A DNA stretch of 57,483 nt, counting the filler, from Perkinsus olseni (lineage: Eukaryota), in the NCBI GenBank assembly GCA_013115125.1. It is 6 parts of 6 records of this genome, joined end to end, with 100 filler letters (N's around TTAATTAATTAA, not from the genome) between each part and the next. Parts side by side here need not be neighbours in the genome. Positions count along the whole stretch, not along the records: positions 29,070 to 38,527 come from JABANN010000916.1; positions 38,628 to 48,013 come from JABANN010000918.1; positions 48,114 to 57,483 come from JABANN010000919.1; 3 more parts are not named here. One strand, 5' to 3'. Below the pieces are notes generated by a model. The model made no database searches, was not told the origin of the DNA, and saw only the letters and a program-made list of their open reading frames with translations. Each line of letters begins with the position of its first letter. Position 1 is the first letter of the stretch. Position numbers and translations under genes: made by a program. This document shows, piece after piece, positions 36,124-50,059 of this stretch.

Positions 36124-37384
36124 CACCCTTATCGTGCAGAAGGTGGAGGAGGATGGAGTGTTCCATGAAAGGCGTATTAAAGCAATATTGTTGTACACGG
36201 TGTTAGTCGGATGTTTGCAAACCATATTTTGTCCTGAGTTCGTCTCGAGTAGCGAATATCAGAAAGTCAAGTGTAGGGCAGAGGAGGGGGCACTGAAAAG
36301 GAATTGCTGCTGCTGAAAAAGGATCTAATCGCGAAGGAAGACCCTTGCTTCTGAAGAGTGTGAGTGTCAGCTTGAAATCCAACGCCGAGAACCGGCTCAG
36401 TCAGACTCGCACCGAAAGAGTTGTAACCCCACCCTACTCATCCGAATAAATAGCCCAACGAAACACGGGGAGGTCATATAAAACACTATAACAGTACAGA
36501 GTTCGGGCTACCGCTACACCTGGAAGTAAGCAGCTACGTGAAGGCGTGCGCGTCACGAATTATTGTTCCCCTGGAGTGATTCTCAAACTCAAAATCGGTT
36601 CTGGAATTGATGCGGCTACAGAATCGGTTCTGAGTTTCAGAATTGGTTTATTGAACGACCCCAGGGCATCATGCAAAAGAACTTGCGCACTGGCAAATCA
36701 CCGGATACATGGGGGTGAAAAGCCAGAGAGATAGCCGAGGAGATATCACCATCGACAGCAGATACCACAACGTTGCGGTGGAGGGGACAGCAAAGACAGC
36801 ACTAACCTATTCTTCTCTTGTTCCCTATCTGTGCTGAGAGACGTAGCAAGTTGCTTCTAGCAACTACGCTATACCGGATGCATGGAGAAAGTTGCAATCA
36901 GCGGTAGTGTCGTGAACCACGGCTCGAGGCGGCACTGTCACCAAATGACTGCTCACCCTCGCTCGTTCATTTTATACCCCAACATAGTGGAGCAATCTCA
37001 TGGAGCTAGTGTCAGACTATCGTCGTGCTTTCAGAGGTGGAGTTCACCGCAGAGCATGACAGCTCTTGTTGTGCGTCCAGATTCCCGCTGGCTAGCACCT
37101 CTCGGACAGCCAAATGGAGAATAGTAGCGAAAGGGTATCGTGCAAGTCAACGTCCACTAGTTTTCATCTTGCTGTGTCCTAAACAATACAGCCGAGAACG
37201 ACCACGAAAACATTGCGAGCTGCTGCTGACTGCCTTGCTAGCTTGAATCACGGCAGTTTCATCTTATCTGTGAGTGCTCGAATCATGTGTGACGCCGGTG
37301 ATGCAATTGTGAGCCACCTGTTGCCCTTCCATTGATCGAAAGCTATCTCTAATCGGTGAGTGAAAGCCTCGCGTATTGCTTGAA

Positions 37385-38527
37385 ATGCTTCCTCCTAGCG
37401 TTCTTGCGGCCCTCCCTTCAACAATGGTCACTCCGGATGGATCTCCTTGCCCCGTTGACACTCCTTCAAGAGGAGCTGTGAACGGCAACGACGATTATAA
37501 CACCTTTGTGAACTCTCTTAGGGATCAGTCCATCGGTGAACATGGAAGGGTTTCTGTCCCTTTCGATGGTTCTACACGGAAGCTTGTGTAAGTTTGCTTC
37601 TTCCCTCGGAGTTTTCAATCTCTCAGCTCAGGTATTGCGACTTTACTGCGTCAGGCAGAAGCGTGTCTGCTATTGAGGAGTTTATTACCTCTACTGTTTG
37701 CCCCACGTACGTGTGCTGACGTCCACTTGTTGATCACTAACTTGATGGCGTGTCGGTTAGATACGCCAACACCCATTCCTTAGCCTCGGCAACTGCTCGT
37801 CAGACGATGCACTATCGTGAAGAGGCGAGAGATAAGGTTCGTCAATATTTCAACTGTACCACGGATGATTCTGGTAAGTCAATTACAAGGTCTTATAGTT
37901 TTTATGTCGTCCCATTCAGTCATCTTCTGCGGAGCGGGAGCAACCGGTGCCATCAATAAGTTTGCTGAGATGATGTGCCGCAGTCGGGTCTTCGCAACGG
38001 ACAAGTCTCGGAAGGGCCTGCGTCGAGCGGTACGCTCCTTGCGGCTGCTCACGTCTGTGTTCATGCTCATCCTCCAGGTTCTCATTATAGATCCTGTTGC
38101 CCACCACAGTTCAGTCCTACCTTTTAGAGAGCTGGCTTTGAAGTACCCCCTGAGTCGTATTACTCGCTCACGAGTCGGTGAGATTCCGTGACTGCAAGCC
38201 TTGACGTGGCCTGATACATGAACTGTTCACCCTCTCAGTTCCCGGGTCGTTCGTCAAGCGTTTCAGCGGCGACAAATCTGCCGATCTGGAAGTCGAGCTT
38301 GTGGTGAGCGCTGTTACTTCCGCATTCCATCAGCTAATGATAGCTCTCTCAGACGCTGCCCCTCGATCCAGTCAAAGGGACGGCATCGGTTGATGGTCTG
38401 GAGGAGGTCCTCAAGAAAGTACGTTCCTCGGGCCAATGCCTTAGACTAAGGCCCTTAGTGATCGAGCACGCTCCTTCAGGTTATGAGCTTCAATCGTCAT
38501 CACCACGACTTCGCTGTTCCTGTTGTT
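37385..38527 (+). CDS. Class V PLP-dependent aminotransferase / cysteine desulfurase-like, 3'-truncated by the contig end
   Basis: RKLV|YCDFTASGRS, YANTHSLASATARQTMHYREEAR, VIFCGAGATGAINK and AHHSSVLPFRE. Confidence 0.87.
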
Positions 38528-38627
38528 NNNNNNNNNNNNNNNNNNNNNNNNNNNNNNNNNNNNNNNNNNNNTTAATTAATTAANNNNNNNNNNNNNNNNN
38601 NNNNNNNNNNNNNNNNNNNNNNNNNNN
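38528..38627. other. Artificial contig linker
   Basis: N44-TTAATTAATTAA-N44. Confidence 0.99.
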
Positions 38628-38790
38628 GATTAAGTAGATTTGTTGTTTTGCATGGCTGGGTGTATCATGTTTTGTGATAATTCTACTCTTTCCGAAAAAA
38701 GGCGCGGAGTAAGGCGCGCGTGTACAGAGATGGAACGGCAGGATAGAGGTACGGGGTCCGGACAGGATTAGTCGCGTTTCGTCAATTGCT

Positions 38791-38869
38791 CAGTACCACC
38801 CAATATTTGCGCAGTATCATCCAATATTTGTACTGCGCACAGTACCACCTAGTATTCGTACTGCGCAGT
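38791..38869. repeat. Short imperfect tandem repeat (CAGTACCACCCAATATTTG...GCG, ~3 copies)
   Basis: Units at ~38791, ~38812 and ~38840. Confidence 0.7.
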
Positions 38870-39969
38870 GATAGTCGTTCATTCGATCGGCCACCTGAGG
38901 TGGCCCACCTCTTTGTGGCATGACTCACTGGAAGGTTCTCCGCTGGTCCCTCTGCAGATGCGACAGAGACAACTGGGAACGGAGAGAATTACGGTCACAC
39001 TGAAGCTGGAGGAATTGCCCGAACTTGAAGCCAGACTTTCATTGCCGCTCGTGGGATATATTCTTGCGTACTGATCCTTACTGACGTAGGGAACAGGGTT
39101 TCGATTCAAACATGGTGGCTCTGGAAGGATATTCAACGTCCATCGAGAAGCCAGCACAATGTGCCTGCCTATGTGCCTGCAGGATCCCCTCGCAGGACAC
39201 CAATGCATCCCTCACGGCACAAGCTGCCCATTCATCCAACCCTTCGCTGACAAACGGATTATCACTACATCACTGGCCGCTCAAGCCTTTTGGTCAACAT
39301 GAGAAGACAGTGCAGAGAGTAACACAAATTCTGCACAGCAAGTCGCGAATCGCAACGAGTCATCTGCTAACGGAGATGAGGGTCACACTGGGGCCTGTGT
39401 CTGTACGACAGATTCTGTCGGATAGGAACAACTGTTGGCCGAGGCAATGAACGAGGGTCACACGGACGATAACTAGGAGAGCCGTGACTGCGAAAGAGAC
39501 GACTACTACCGGTAGCAATTAGAGACTCTAATTTAGAGTCACACAAGTACTTGTACTGTATTGTTGCAAATGCAAGCCCTGTGGTGGATCACGAGGAGCC
39601 CAAGATTGAGGCAGTTGCTGGAAGCAATTGAGGTCACAGCACTGGACGAACAGAACGGAGAAAGCGGGAGCGAAAGGGTGAACCATCAAGTACGACGCAG
39701 ACATTAGCAATCATCGGATTGAATTACAATCCGATCTGTTCGGGTTCGGGTTTTTTTTGTTCGCACACCCTTTCAGTCCGTGGATTTTACAATCATTGTA
39801 AGATCCACGGACCCAAGCTCGCGTGAAAACAGAATCATCATCAAGCGTGCCAACGAATGTTGGGTTTCTCACCGGGAGTGAATGGCTTGACCAAGAAGAC
39901 GCTACAATATTATCGTCACGATAACCTCCGAAAATTACTACTACTGCAGGGTGCAGTCTGCAGCTGGGA

Positions 39970-40112
39970 ACAATACAATACAATATATATAGTATATACT
40001 CTACAATATATATAGTATATTATATACTAATAAGTGGACCCTAATAAGGACTATACTGATATATTATCAGTATAATATATACTGTATATATTATATAATT
40101 ACGAGTCTTAAT
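39970..40112. repeat. AT-rich low-complexity (TA-rich) tract
   Basis: TATATA-rich island in otherwise roughly GC-balanced sequence. Confidence 0.8.
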
Positions 40113-41680
40113 TCTTCAGTGAGTATTCCGCGTCAAAGGCAGATGGTCTAACCGCGACTCGGTTACCGAGTGAGGACAATGGTGAGCGACGAGATCCCGG
40201 CTGGACTCGGTATTATTTGGCGAGCATCGCTGATGCGACATCAGAGTCTGATGAAGGTGGTCTGACGGTCTTACGGGCGCTAAGTCGAGGTTCCCATACA
40301 ACAATAGGCCAAAACCACCATATAGCGTGTGTGAGTAAAACCTCTGAGATGGTAGGATAGACCTACCGTAGGTCACCTACGGGAGAAGATGAGAAAGGCA
40401 CCATGTTCTCCTCGGCATATTCCATTATCGATCTAGCCTCTAGGAGTACGGAGGAAAGTGTCGATAGTGACCTGGGAAAGCCCTCTAGCTATGAAGTCGT
40501 GCAAAATGTAGGAATCGACGTCCGACGTCGGTCGTCGCCCAAAATCTCGTCTGAGACGAGTCGTCTCGAACAAAGGCGCTCTCAACGACTACTCGAAGGA
40601 TCGTGAACATTCATAATAGATTCATCACCACATGTGAGGAGCGCCTACTGACTTAGCGCTAGAGCGCGAGCGACACAAAGGGAAGTTCCCTTGGGAAACC
40701 CCCAGCGATCCATGATGGTGGACTCAGAGCGCCTCCAGGCGGACGACATAATGTGTGCAGCATGCGAACTCACATTGTTTCGAGGAGCCCCAGACCAGAT
40801 GCCTATTCAAGTACCACCCTTTCCGAGCCCAAGTATCCGGGAATATATGTAGAGGTGCACTTGAGCAGCTGGAATTGTGAGCCACAATTTGTGACCCGTA
40901 CTCAAGAATAGGAGAATATGCCCGTAAAATAAACCGGATCAATCCAACCGAGCACTTTGAATGGATGATGTTTCGGGAAAGTACTCCTCGGACTCGGAGC
41001 CCGGTAAATCACCCACGGTCCGCGGGCCACGGACTCGAAACGAAGAGCACTTGAATAGGCCCCAGCACTGATTTCAGCTGATTTGATCGGGGCCAAGCGT
41101 CAGGAATCTCCCTCTCGACTCTAATAGGTGCTTATTCAGTTCGGAATCACGTAAGGACTCCTTACTGAAGAGGAGTTCTTTTGGCAAGATAGTGGTACAG
41201 CGTAGCTCGCCCTTATCCAGGGTTGGATTGACTCCGTTGAACAGATTCCACTGCTTCGTTAAGTAATCTGGGCCAGATTATCTGGCTCAGTCATTCCACA
41301 TCCGTCACATGCCCTCGTACGTCCGAGCATCCAGTGCATGGGGGCTTCACGGTGGGGCAGATAATGGACGGTGAGGACCTTCTCAGAAGGTTCTCACTTC
41401 TGCGCCTCCGGGAGGCGGCCTCCCCTCGCTATTCCGACCGAAAAAGCGGACGCCAGCACGATTATAGTAGGATGTCCCGCCCGAGAAACAGAAAGACTTA
41501 TCACTAGCAGCAACTCAAAGCTGTTCACTTAATTGGTACATCACACATCAGCAAAAGAGACTATCATCCGATTTACGGAACGAGAGCGATCCACGGTATG
41601 TGGAACGAGAGGCAGAGCAAGACGACAGATGAGAAAAAGGCAGTATAATAGCGAGGCATTGGGGTTTCCCGTAGGCTCTA

Positions 41681-44289
41681 CTACTGCTGAGTTTCATTAT
41701 GAGTAGCGGACCGGAGGTGGGGTCTCGACTCAGTACCATATGGTGCTTCAGTCGAAGTACTCGGATAAGGAAGAAGCTCCATAAGGAGATCACGCCTGAG
41801 CAGCGTGGACTCGATGTCATTCCAACATTGAGAGAATACTGCTAGTGCATATACTAGATGATAGATCCTGAAGTTGTCTGAGGTGATAAGGGGATTCGCA
41901 GACCCCGAGAGCACATTCTTAACCAGCTCTTCACGCTTGGCCAAGAATTTATCCAGGCATTTTTGCATACTGACATTCACATCATCTGTAGCTGATATGC
42001 TGCCGTTGTTCTCATCACCTCCTTCAATGACACCAATGAGACGTTCTGTTGATGTATGAAGAGATGTAGCATAATCCCCCAATGCAGATACAAATAGTGA
42101 TTGCTTAGATACAACGCTCTCTTCAGCCTCGAGCGCGTTCGATACCAGCGCGTTTTGCAGCAGCAGACCAGCTTGTATCAGCTGAGTGATACCCGCTCCA
42201 TTGGCTACAACGAGATCAGACAATGGCCGGATGAGGCGCGAATTGCCCAGGACCTTCCTCTCAGCATTGGCCTCCGCTCTGAAAGATATCATAGCTCTCC
42301 ATAACACGAATAACTCGTGGCCAAAACTGTTGCGGTCATCAACGATCTCAGCTTTGGGATCTGATCCACTCCTTGCATCCACGAACTGCGTCATAGCTCG
42401 TTGAACTCCTTCAGACATATCACGAATGGCCCGAACTGAGCTCATCCTCGTATGATCACATGCGTAGTCGGGTAATACTGTACCCGATACAACCGATGCG
42501 TATAGGGCACCGGCCAAGGTGAGGCCCATCCTCCAGCAAGCAGCAAACATTAACTGATGATTGCTCATATCTGAGCCAAGGGTAAGGGCCATGCATACCA
42601 CATACCATCCCAGAATGAACATCCGACCGCCATAGCCGATTCGTGGGTAGAGGCTGGAGAGTTTACCAATGAAGGTGACGATCTCTACGAAAAGTGCAAC
42701 TCTGTTACGGTTGTTGACAGCAAGGCATACGAGAGCAACACAACATCCTGCAATGGTACCACCAGCACGCCAAGTTCCTCGAAGAATGGAGCCACCAGTC
42801 GTGGGATAGAAGCAAAGCCAGCAAGGTAGTATGCCCCAAAAGCCATGTTCCTTTACCATCTCATTATACCAACCACCTACCACTAGTACTACAGCAACGA
42901 TAGTACAGGATATGCTCATACGAAGACTGAACTTGAGGCGAGATTCAAGGCTCTGATCCCCATCGATACTCGAAAACAGAGGCTTCCTCCACCAGGTAAC
43001 CCAGAAAGCTACAAATCTACTGGGTAGGGCTTTGACTTCGGTTATTACTGTCTGAACGATAAAACGGATGGGGGCGAGATGGACTAGACTCATTCACTTA
43101 CATTCGACTTCTCCTGTTTCTCCTCAGCTAAGATCCCTTTCCTGAATTCCCCGGCACGTATAGCGACCTTCTCAACATCGCCAAAAGCCTTCTTATCTAC
43201 CTCCAATAAGTGTGACTCAACTTCTCGGGCACGGGCCTTCAGGTCAATCTCGCGGGCCTTGCCTCCAACATCTCGTAGGACCAGCCCGACGTCCGACCTC
43301 AGCCTTAGAAGGTCAGCAGCGAGAGGGTCCCAATAGAGCTTATTCATATTATCCGTGAAGGCGCCGCGGAAAATCGCCGATCTAATAGAGAATAAAAATC
43401 CGGCCATGCTCCAAGCTGGACTTCCAATTTGAGGTGGTGCCTGTACACTGGACAGCTGGACACATGCATTGACGAAGTCGTGGTATGCATCATTGATCAG
43501 AGCCTCTTGCTTCATACCAGCACCAGTATACGACAGTAGGACATCATAGAAGTTAGCTGCTGCGTAGGCGAATCTCTCGAATGGTGGCGGCCCTTGGTGC
43601 GGTAACATGCCAAATATTCGAAGCAGCGTGAGCAGTATGAATGTGACAGTAATACCGTAAGTACCGGCCACAGCAATACCCATACCTTCACGATAGGCTC
43701 TAACGAAGTAGAATGTGGAGGTGAAATTTGGGATGACCAATGCTGGTTCACCAGCTATGATGTCATTCAGTTTGCATCCTCCATGAGTATGGATCAGGCA
43801 GTAGAAGAATGTGAAGGGATATTGGAATAGGACTGCCCATAGCCGGTTATCCCCGATACTCGATGCTATAAGATGGACCAAAGCGCCGGTGCTCCATGCA
43901 AACCACGCTGTAGTGATAGTTTTCCTCCAGAATGTGAAGGCCCATGGATAGTTGAAGTCTGAATCGAACATTGCCCACATTGGAGCGATAATCTGAAATG
44001 GACGAGTTCATACAATACGCGAAGAGTAGAAGAATACCTCCACTACGAGTGACGACAGGAAATGAGTAAGTGAGAACTACATTTAATGAGTGGCAGCAAA
44101 ATATTCAAAAGGTACGATTGAAACGGGAATAGCCGATATCCCATAACAACTTACAAGGGGGAATAGATACCAAGCTCCCGAGGGTGACACGTACAAGGGA
44201 ATGTACGCTATTGAGACCGGCACCAGCGTGAATAGCGCCAGTAGCAGCTTGTAGAGCGAGACTGTTGGCGGAGAATGAGGGACTGTCAT
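41681..44289 (-). CDS. ALMT/FUSC (aromatic acid exporter-like) membrane transporter, four exons
   Basis: Two TM blocks, each followed by a helical region. RLKFSLRMSI...HGFWGILPCWLCFYPTTGGSILRGTWRAGGTIAG...RIGYGG...WRMGLTLAG...VLP is FUSC/ALMT-like. The ORFs join through GTAAGT...CAG introns (e.g. ~43102-43053). Confidence 0.78.
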
Positions 44290-44897
44290 GGTGAAGGGCC
44301 CGAGTCTATCCCAGAGTATGAACAAAAATTAACACTACGTAGGATTCGGGTGGGTACTCTCGGTTTCGGCTGAGTTTCTAATGGTTCAAGAGTGCCTGAA
44401 TGTCACTATGATTCATGACGATCACCTTGTGGCATATTCTCGGGTGCAACGCTGATAACATGGAGGTTTATTGATAGCCTGGCTCTATAAGATCGATAAC
44501 CGTGATCCGTCTCTTCTGGCCCTGTACAACCGTGTGATTGTTGAACGAGATCAGTCTCAAACTAAATGCCTCAGATACCGCAACCTCACTACAAAAGTAC
44601 TATATAGTTACTTCCGACAGATCCTAGGCGTCCGATGTTGCAACGAGCGAAATCATGCTGTGATAGTCCCAGTTCATGGCTCATCCCACCCCGACGTGAA
44701 AATACTAGAGAATACGACAAGGAGCTCCAATGGTTGAAACTACTAACTTGTAACTTAGGTCTGGTAGCAGTCACCACTTCACTGCCATAACTATTATCAT
44801 CATCATCATCAATCAGTGTCATCCGACAGCTATCACTACTATGTTACCATTGATAGCCTTCTTCCACTGATGATGCTGATACAGCAGCGGCAGCAGC

Positions 44898-45360
44898 TCA
44901 CAAGAAACTTGAGGAGTTCGATTGCTCCTGATCTAGAGAGCTCTGTAGGTTCTGTGCCATCTCCGCAGAAGCCTTGGTAACGATAGAGTAGGATTCAAAC
45001 CTGACAACAATCCCTATTGGGGTGACGAGTAGAGGAGTGACCGGCGTAGCTAGCGTAGTTTCCTTATCATTATTACATGCGATCCATGCACTTAGCCAAG
45101 CATATCTGCTCATTCTTACCGAGCTGATCGACGAAGCGACCGTTCTTGGCGATGCACTTATCAAAACAAGTCTTGCGCGTTTGCTGAAGGGGAAGCACAG
45201 TCAAATCGTAAACACGACCACCGCCGCCACTTGATTGGAAACTCACCCCCTGGAGCATCTGTACCACAACCGCGTTAATTCCTTGCACAAGGGCCTGCTG
45301 CTGTTCCTCGGGAGTAGGGGCGTTGTCACTGCCGCTGGGAGTTGATGATGAGAAGTCCAT
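44898..45360 (-). CDS. TIM13: Mitochondrial small Tim chaperone, Tim13-like (three exons)
   Basis: Twin CX3C motif: TCFDKCI...EQICLAKCMDRM|FESYSIV. Confidence 0.8.
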
Positions 45361-45729
45361 TTATGAAGGGTATTAACGGTTATGCACTCTAGTCGCTGCA
45401 GAAACAGTGTTGAGCACATGAATACATCGAGCCTCAACACGACAATTGGAGACTTATACTTCTATATGGTGGTGGTATAATACTGGATTGACCAATATCA
45501 TACCAGGTTGAAAGCGACTCAATGGTTCCCTGTTGTTGAAGTTATATGTGTAGGAAAACAGAACCTTAGGTTAACCAAGCCAACGAGGGCAAAAACGTTC
45601 TCCCCTTCGTACGAAGGTGTGAGAACAGCTGATCAATTGCTACGGTGATCCACCAGGGCGCGACACGATAGTCATAATGACGATACAATCATCTTGCCGA
45701 TCATCAATCGAGTTTACGAGACCCTCATC

Positions 45730-47890
45730 TTACAGCTCCTCCGGGCTCTCCACCTGAAACAGGGCCTCGCTTGAGAACCCAACAGAGGTACTACGTGTTA
45801 TTACCATATTCCCATACGCATCGTAGACAGCGGGTTTATCCCTTATCTCGTGCACTGCATTATCCTTGAGAAACCTGCCATGAACACAGAGATAAGATCC
45901 TCGTATGCTTGCTACTATAGAATAAAGCAAGGAGCTTACTGAATGAAGTGGTCCACTGTACGACGGCCATGGAAGTACACCGGCGATTGCTTCCTCCCTA
46001 AAAGGGCAGTGTTGTGTCAGTGAGTAGAGGAGGAGACGGGCATCACCAGCTGGGTAAAGCATTATTGTTGGGAAGGCATCGACTCTAAGAGGGAGCTCAT
46101 TCTGTGTTGCATCCACCTTGACAATCCTCAACCTAAGTCATCATATGAGAATGCTGTTATACAATCACTGTTGCTCACGTCGATTTGAGATGCTTGACCT
46201 TCTCGCCTAGCGCTGAATAAATTCCACTCAGCTGGCGGCAATGACCACACCATGGAGCGAAGTAATTGACCAGAACATCCTGTGCATCATTCATAACAAC
46301 ATCGTCAAAGTTCTCAGCTACGACCTGAGCAAAACACGAAGATGAGACAACATAGTGATCATGATATTATCACCTGCATAACGCCTTCGTTTCCCCAGTA
46401 TTCTGGTATTGGCTCCGACCGCTTGTACGGACGAAGGCTTCCATCATCGAACTCTCGCACGAAGGCTCGATAGAAATCCTTGTCGAGCTTTCTCCCCGTC
46501 GAATAAACTGAATGATGAAAAACAGACTAAGGTGATGGCGGTACGATCGAAGAGGGCGAGCAGTCGAGAGGGCGGCCAGCAATACCATCCTCCTGTCTTG
46601 GCTTGAACTTCCGGACACTTTCGTCAAAAAAAGAAACATGCCTCGACTCCCGAGCTGGATGATATAATATACGTGCGGTGGGGGTTTGTTGAGCATCTCT
46701 CTGAAGATGATTAAATGAAGTACCGGCCTCTGGTAGAGGCATTCTGCTCACTAGATCAACACCCAGCTCATTCATTAGGCTCTCTATGTGATGACCACCG
46801 GCTGCATCACAGACGGAGAAAAGTACACTACCTGGCAAGAAGGACGAGTCATCACGCGAGCTGACCGTACATGAGGCGGTACCATTACCGACTAGCTCCT
46901 TAGCCACCTCCCTCATGTTGGCCTCGGCCTCCTTACCCTCCTGAGACTCTTTATCTCTAATGAGGTAGAGCACCGGCATACCACTAGATAGTAACTGATG
47001 ATGAGTAGTGACGAAGGATACAATTGACGATGTACCTACAGTCTCGGCACCCTCTGGGGTATACTCGGTGATCATAGGAACTCTCCTTGATAGGATGAAC
47101 CGATCAACCTGGGAGAGCAGTGATGAAGAACCGATGAAGCGCAATGGCACAGAAAAATGAGAAGGGCAATGACGGTTAGGTCGGCAAGAGTGATGATGGC
47201 GTACCTTGTGGAAGTCCAATTCTCCCTGATAAATGGCATTATGATCATCATGATGGTAGAGCAAGATAATTGCAGGAAACCTCGAGGGCTTACTGCTAAT
47301 CTTTCTGAAGAACGATACGTTGCGCTTATGGTAGAATGTGAAGGATGACGAGCGGTAGCAGTAGGCACTTAGTGCTATTCACTATTACCGTCTATCATAT
47401 AAATGATCAATTATCTCCTTAGCTACTCGGCCGTATGCTGTGGCGAAGAATACATCCTCGAAGTGTCTGGTGCTATGCTTGAAACTGAAAGTGTGGTGTT
47501 GGAATGGGGGGGGGGCGGCACAGGGCATGCTCCTGCTGCTCGACAACCGAAGGATCGATCCAGAGCAGGATAGTCGTCTTACAATTCCCCATCAAACCTA
47601 TCATCGAATAGGCCGATAGCAAGAAAGGGGTTATTCTCGATGAATTTATCGAGATCTCCCGTGGTCTCCATGACATGTTCTCTATCAGTGTGACGATTGA
47701 CCCAGTTAACAACTTTAGCAGCACTGACATGAAGTGCACTACTTCACAGCGAGCACTGCCAGTAGTAGCATGTACTACCATTTAGGATCGCTAACATCCA
47801 TCTCACTGAGAGGTAGTTGATGCTCCTGATTATCAATAAATAACTTCACTGTAGGATAATACGGTACCCCATGCTTCACGATTGCCTGAA
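45730..47890 (-). CDS. Protein disulfide isomerase family, 5'-truncated by the contig end
   Basis: VVAENFDDVVMNDAQDVLVNYFAPWCGHCRQL (~46190-46325), KVDATQNEL...AFPTIMLYPAG and YYPTVKLF; ends ...PEEL*. Confidence 0.88.
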
Positions 47891-48013
47891 TATAACAACA
47901 AATGGGAAGAGTGAGACGGGAGAATGGGCGAAGTACGAACATTACTGTGTGTGCCAGTTTGATATGCAAATGACATTTATGCTTATATATGACTCATATG
48001 ATGGAATCTCGGG

Positions 48014-48113
48014 NNNNNNNNNNNNNNNNNNNNNNNNNNNNNNNNNNNNNNNNNNNNTTAATTAATTAANNNNNNNNNNNNNNNNNNNNNNNNNNNNNNN
48101 NNNNNNNNNNNNN
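48014..48113. other. Artificial contig linker
   Basis: N44-TTAATTAATTAA-N44. Confidence 0.99.
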
Positions 48114-48132
48114 ATGTTAGACCAAAAGGGCC

Positions 48133-49747
48133 CTACCAGGCAAGTGTTACCACCCGTGAACGCACTCGACTGAAGCGAGCTATCAACAAAAACCCTTTGT
48201 CAACCAGCAAGAAGATCTTTGAAGAAGCTGGAGTGCAAATGAAGGGCAAGACGACTCGCTGCAGGGTCGTTGCAGGGTCGCTGCTGTATAGCCCAGACGT
48301 TATCAAACTACGATAGTTTGATAACGTCTGGCAACCAGACTTTTCATATAGTAGTTCGTTGATATGCATCCCCACTAAGAGATGAACACCACTCCTGATG
48401 AATGGTAAGAAAGCTCCTCGTCATATCGCCGGTATAGCGCAAAACTCTTGCGGCAAAAGTGTTGCTATTCAGGAATAGCGCATCAATGAATAAACGACTT
48501 ACCCGAATAATCTCGTCAACTTGGTTGTTCGGTCAAAAGTGATAGCGAGCATAAATGTACATACCAAGGTCCACTGAAAAGAGTGAAACCAGGGCGATTA
48601 TCAAGCAACCGAACCCGAGAGCGAATGCTTACCGCCGACTTTCACGAACCCGGTTTTCTCGTAAAGGCCAATGGCCTTCTTGTTATTGGGATTCACCACG
48701 AGATACATTGCGACGACCTGGGACTTCTTGGCTCCAATCTGAAATGCACGTAAATGCTGAAAGAAGGATTACACGTCTTTAGCTATGTGAATATAGCTCA
48801 GACTCGACTCCGTTCGACTTTGTAAGGGCCTAGACATACGTCGTATGTCTAGGGCCTCACCCATCCTGGCTTCAACGCACAACTTGTGCGTTGAACTTGT
48901 GCGGCACAAGAACAAGAATCCTTCTCCGACTCACGTAATGGAACGTTTCGTTTATAAGAGCTGTGGCAATGCCCATCCTTTGGTATTTTTCTTCAACTTC
49001 AACCTGACATCGATAGTTGTCAACAGCCAAGACTTAATTTGGTCCACACTGTGCGACTGCTCCGCATGCAGCAACCAGCCACTCTAACCAAAAATTTTGG
49101 TTCTCTCTATGCTCTCAGCAAAATACGTAGAGCATGATGATAAGTGAACCCGCTACTTCAGGCATCAGATGCTTACCCAATCTATAACACCAATCTCGCC
49201 TGCCTGACTCGGATGGGGCCTGACAAGACGGAATTGGTGATTCGACTCGTGCGGTAGCATAGAATTGCGACATATGATCTCTGATCATCTTCTCCACCTC
49301 GCCGACTGGATCATCAGGTATGGTCATCTTAACAACGGCGATCACGGTCTGACGACACAGTTGTTGATGTGATAGCAACAAATGGAAGGTATATGAACAA
49401 AAGCCAAGGAAACAAAAGGTAGGGAATTGCCGCCAATCTCAAGAGTCAACTTCCGGCGCCATAGGACCTATTCCACAAGGCCTCTTCTAGGACTTGAGCA
49501 TTCATAAGCACGATTCCTCCAGTGTTGTGATAGAGGGACTCACCTTAGCACTGATGGCTTGATCCACCGCAACATAACAAGGCTCATTCGGTTCCTCGCA
49601 GCGAGTAAGGTCTTCGCCGTTTTCCATCTTGTCTCCCGTCCTGTACTCGCGGTACACGATATCGGACAAACGACGCCTCGGGATATCTTCACGATGGTAG
49701 CCCTCAGCTACAGCGAGGAGGAAGAGAAGAACGAAAGTGGGTTTCAT
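48133..49747 (-). CDS. Putative secreted multi-exon hypothetical protein, possibly degenerate
   Basis: Signal-peptide-like MKPTFVLLFLLAVAEG and a donor GTGAGT at ~49543. Downstream exon-like blocks exist, but I could not join them without stops. Confidence 0.35.
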
Positions 49748-50059
49748 CTCTCGATATACTTTAGAGGCAAAATCCTAGTAATGCGCAGCTCGGCAAAGGA
49801 AGAATAATCTCTGGAGTTTGGCTTGTTTTCACGCTTAGCAAAATCGATCGCGCCACGGTGTGCTTGCACGTGTGAACTTGCGCCACCAGCGTCCTTGGGC
49901 CCCCGGGGCCACGAAGCAACAATGACGATGGAGAAGGGTTGGTACATAGAACACGAAGACCATAGCCCATTGGACGCAGTAAATACTGTGCCCACGCGAG
50001 CAGCCTAGAGTATATACGTAGGACGCACATGGAGACAGAAGAGCAAAATGGAGACAGCA

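Noticed and set aside
43090-43093. ATGA stop/start overlap suggesting translational coupling or a frameshift
   Set aside because: A phase-0 GTAAGT...TTCAG intron (~43102-43053) joins the two ORFs into one gene.
9616-48113. Five regularly spaced TTAATTAATTAA palindromes, and any gene neighbourhood across them
   Set aside because: They are artificial stop linkers between size-sorted contigs, so adjacency across them has no biological meaning.
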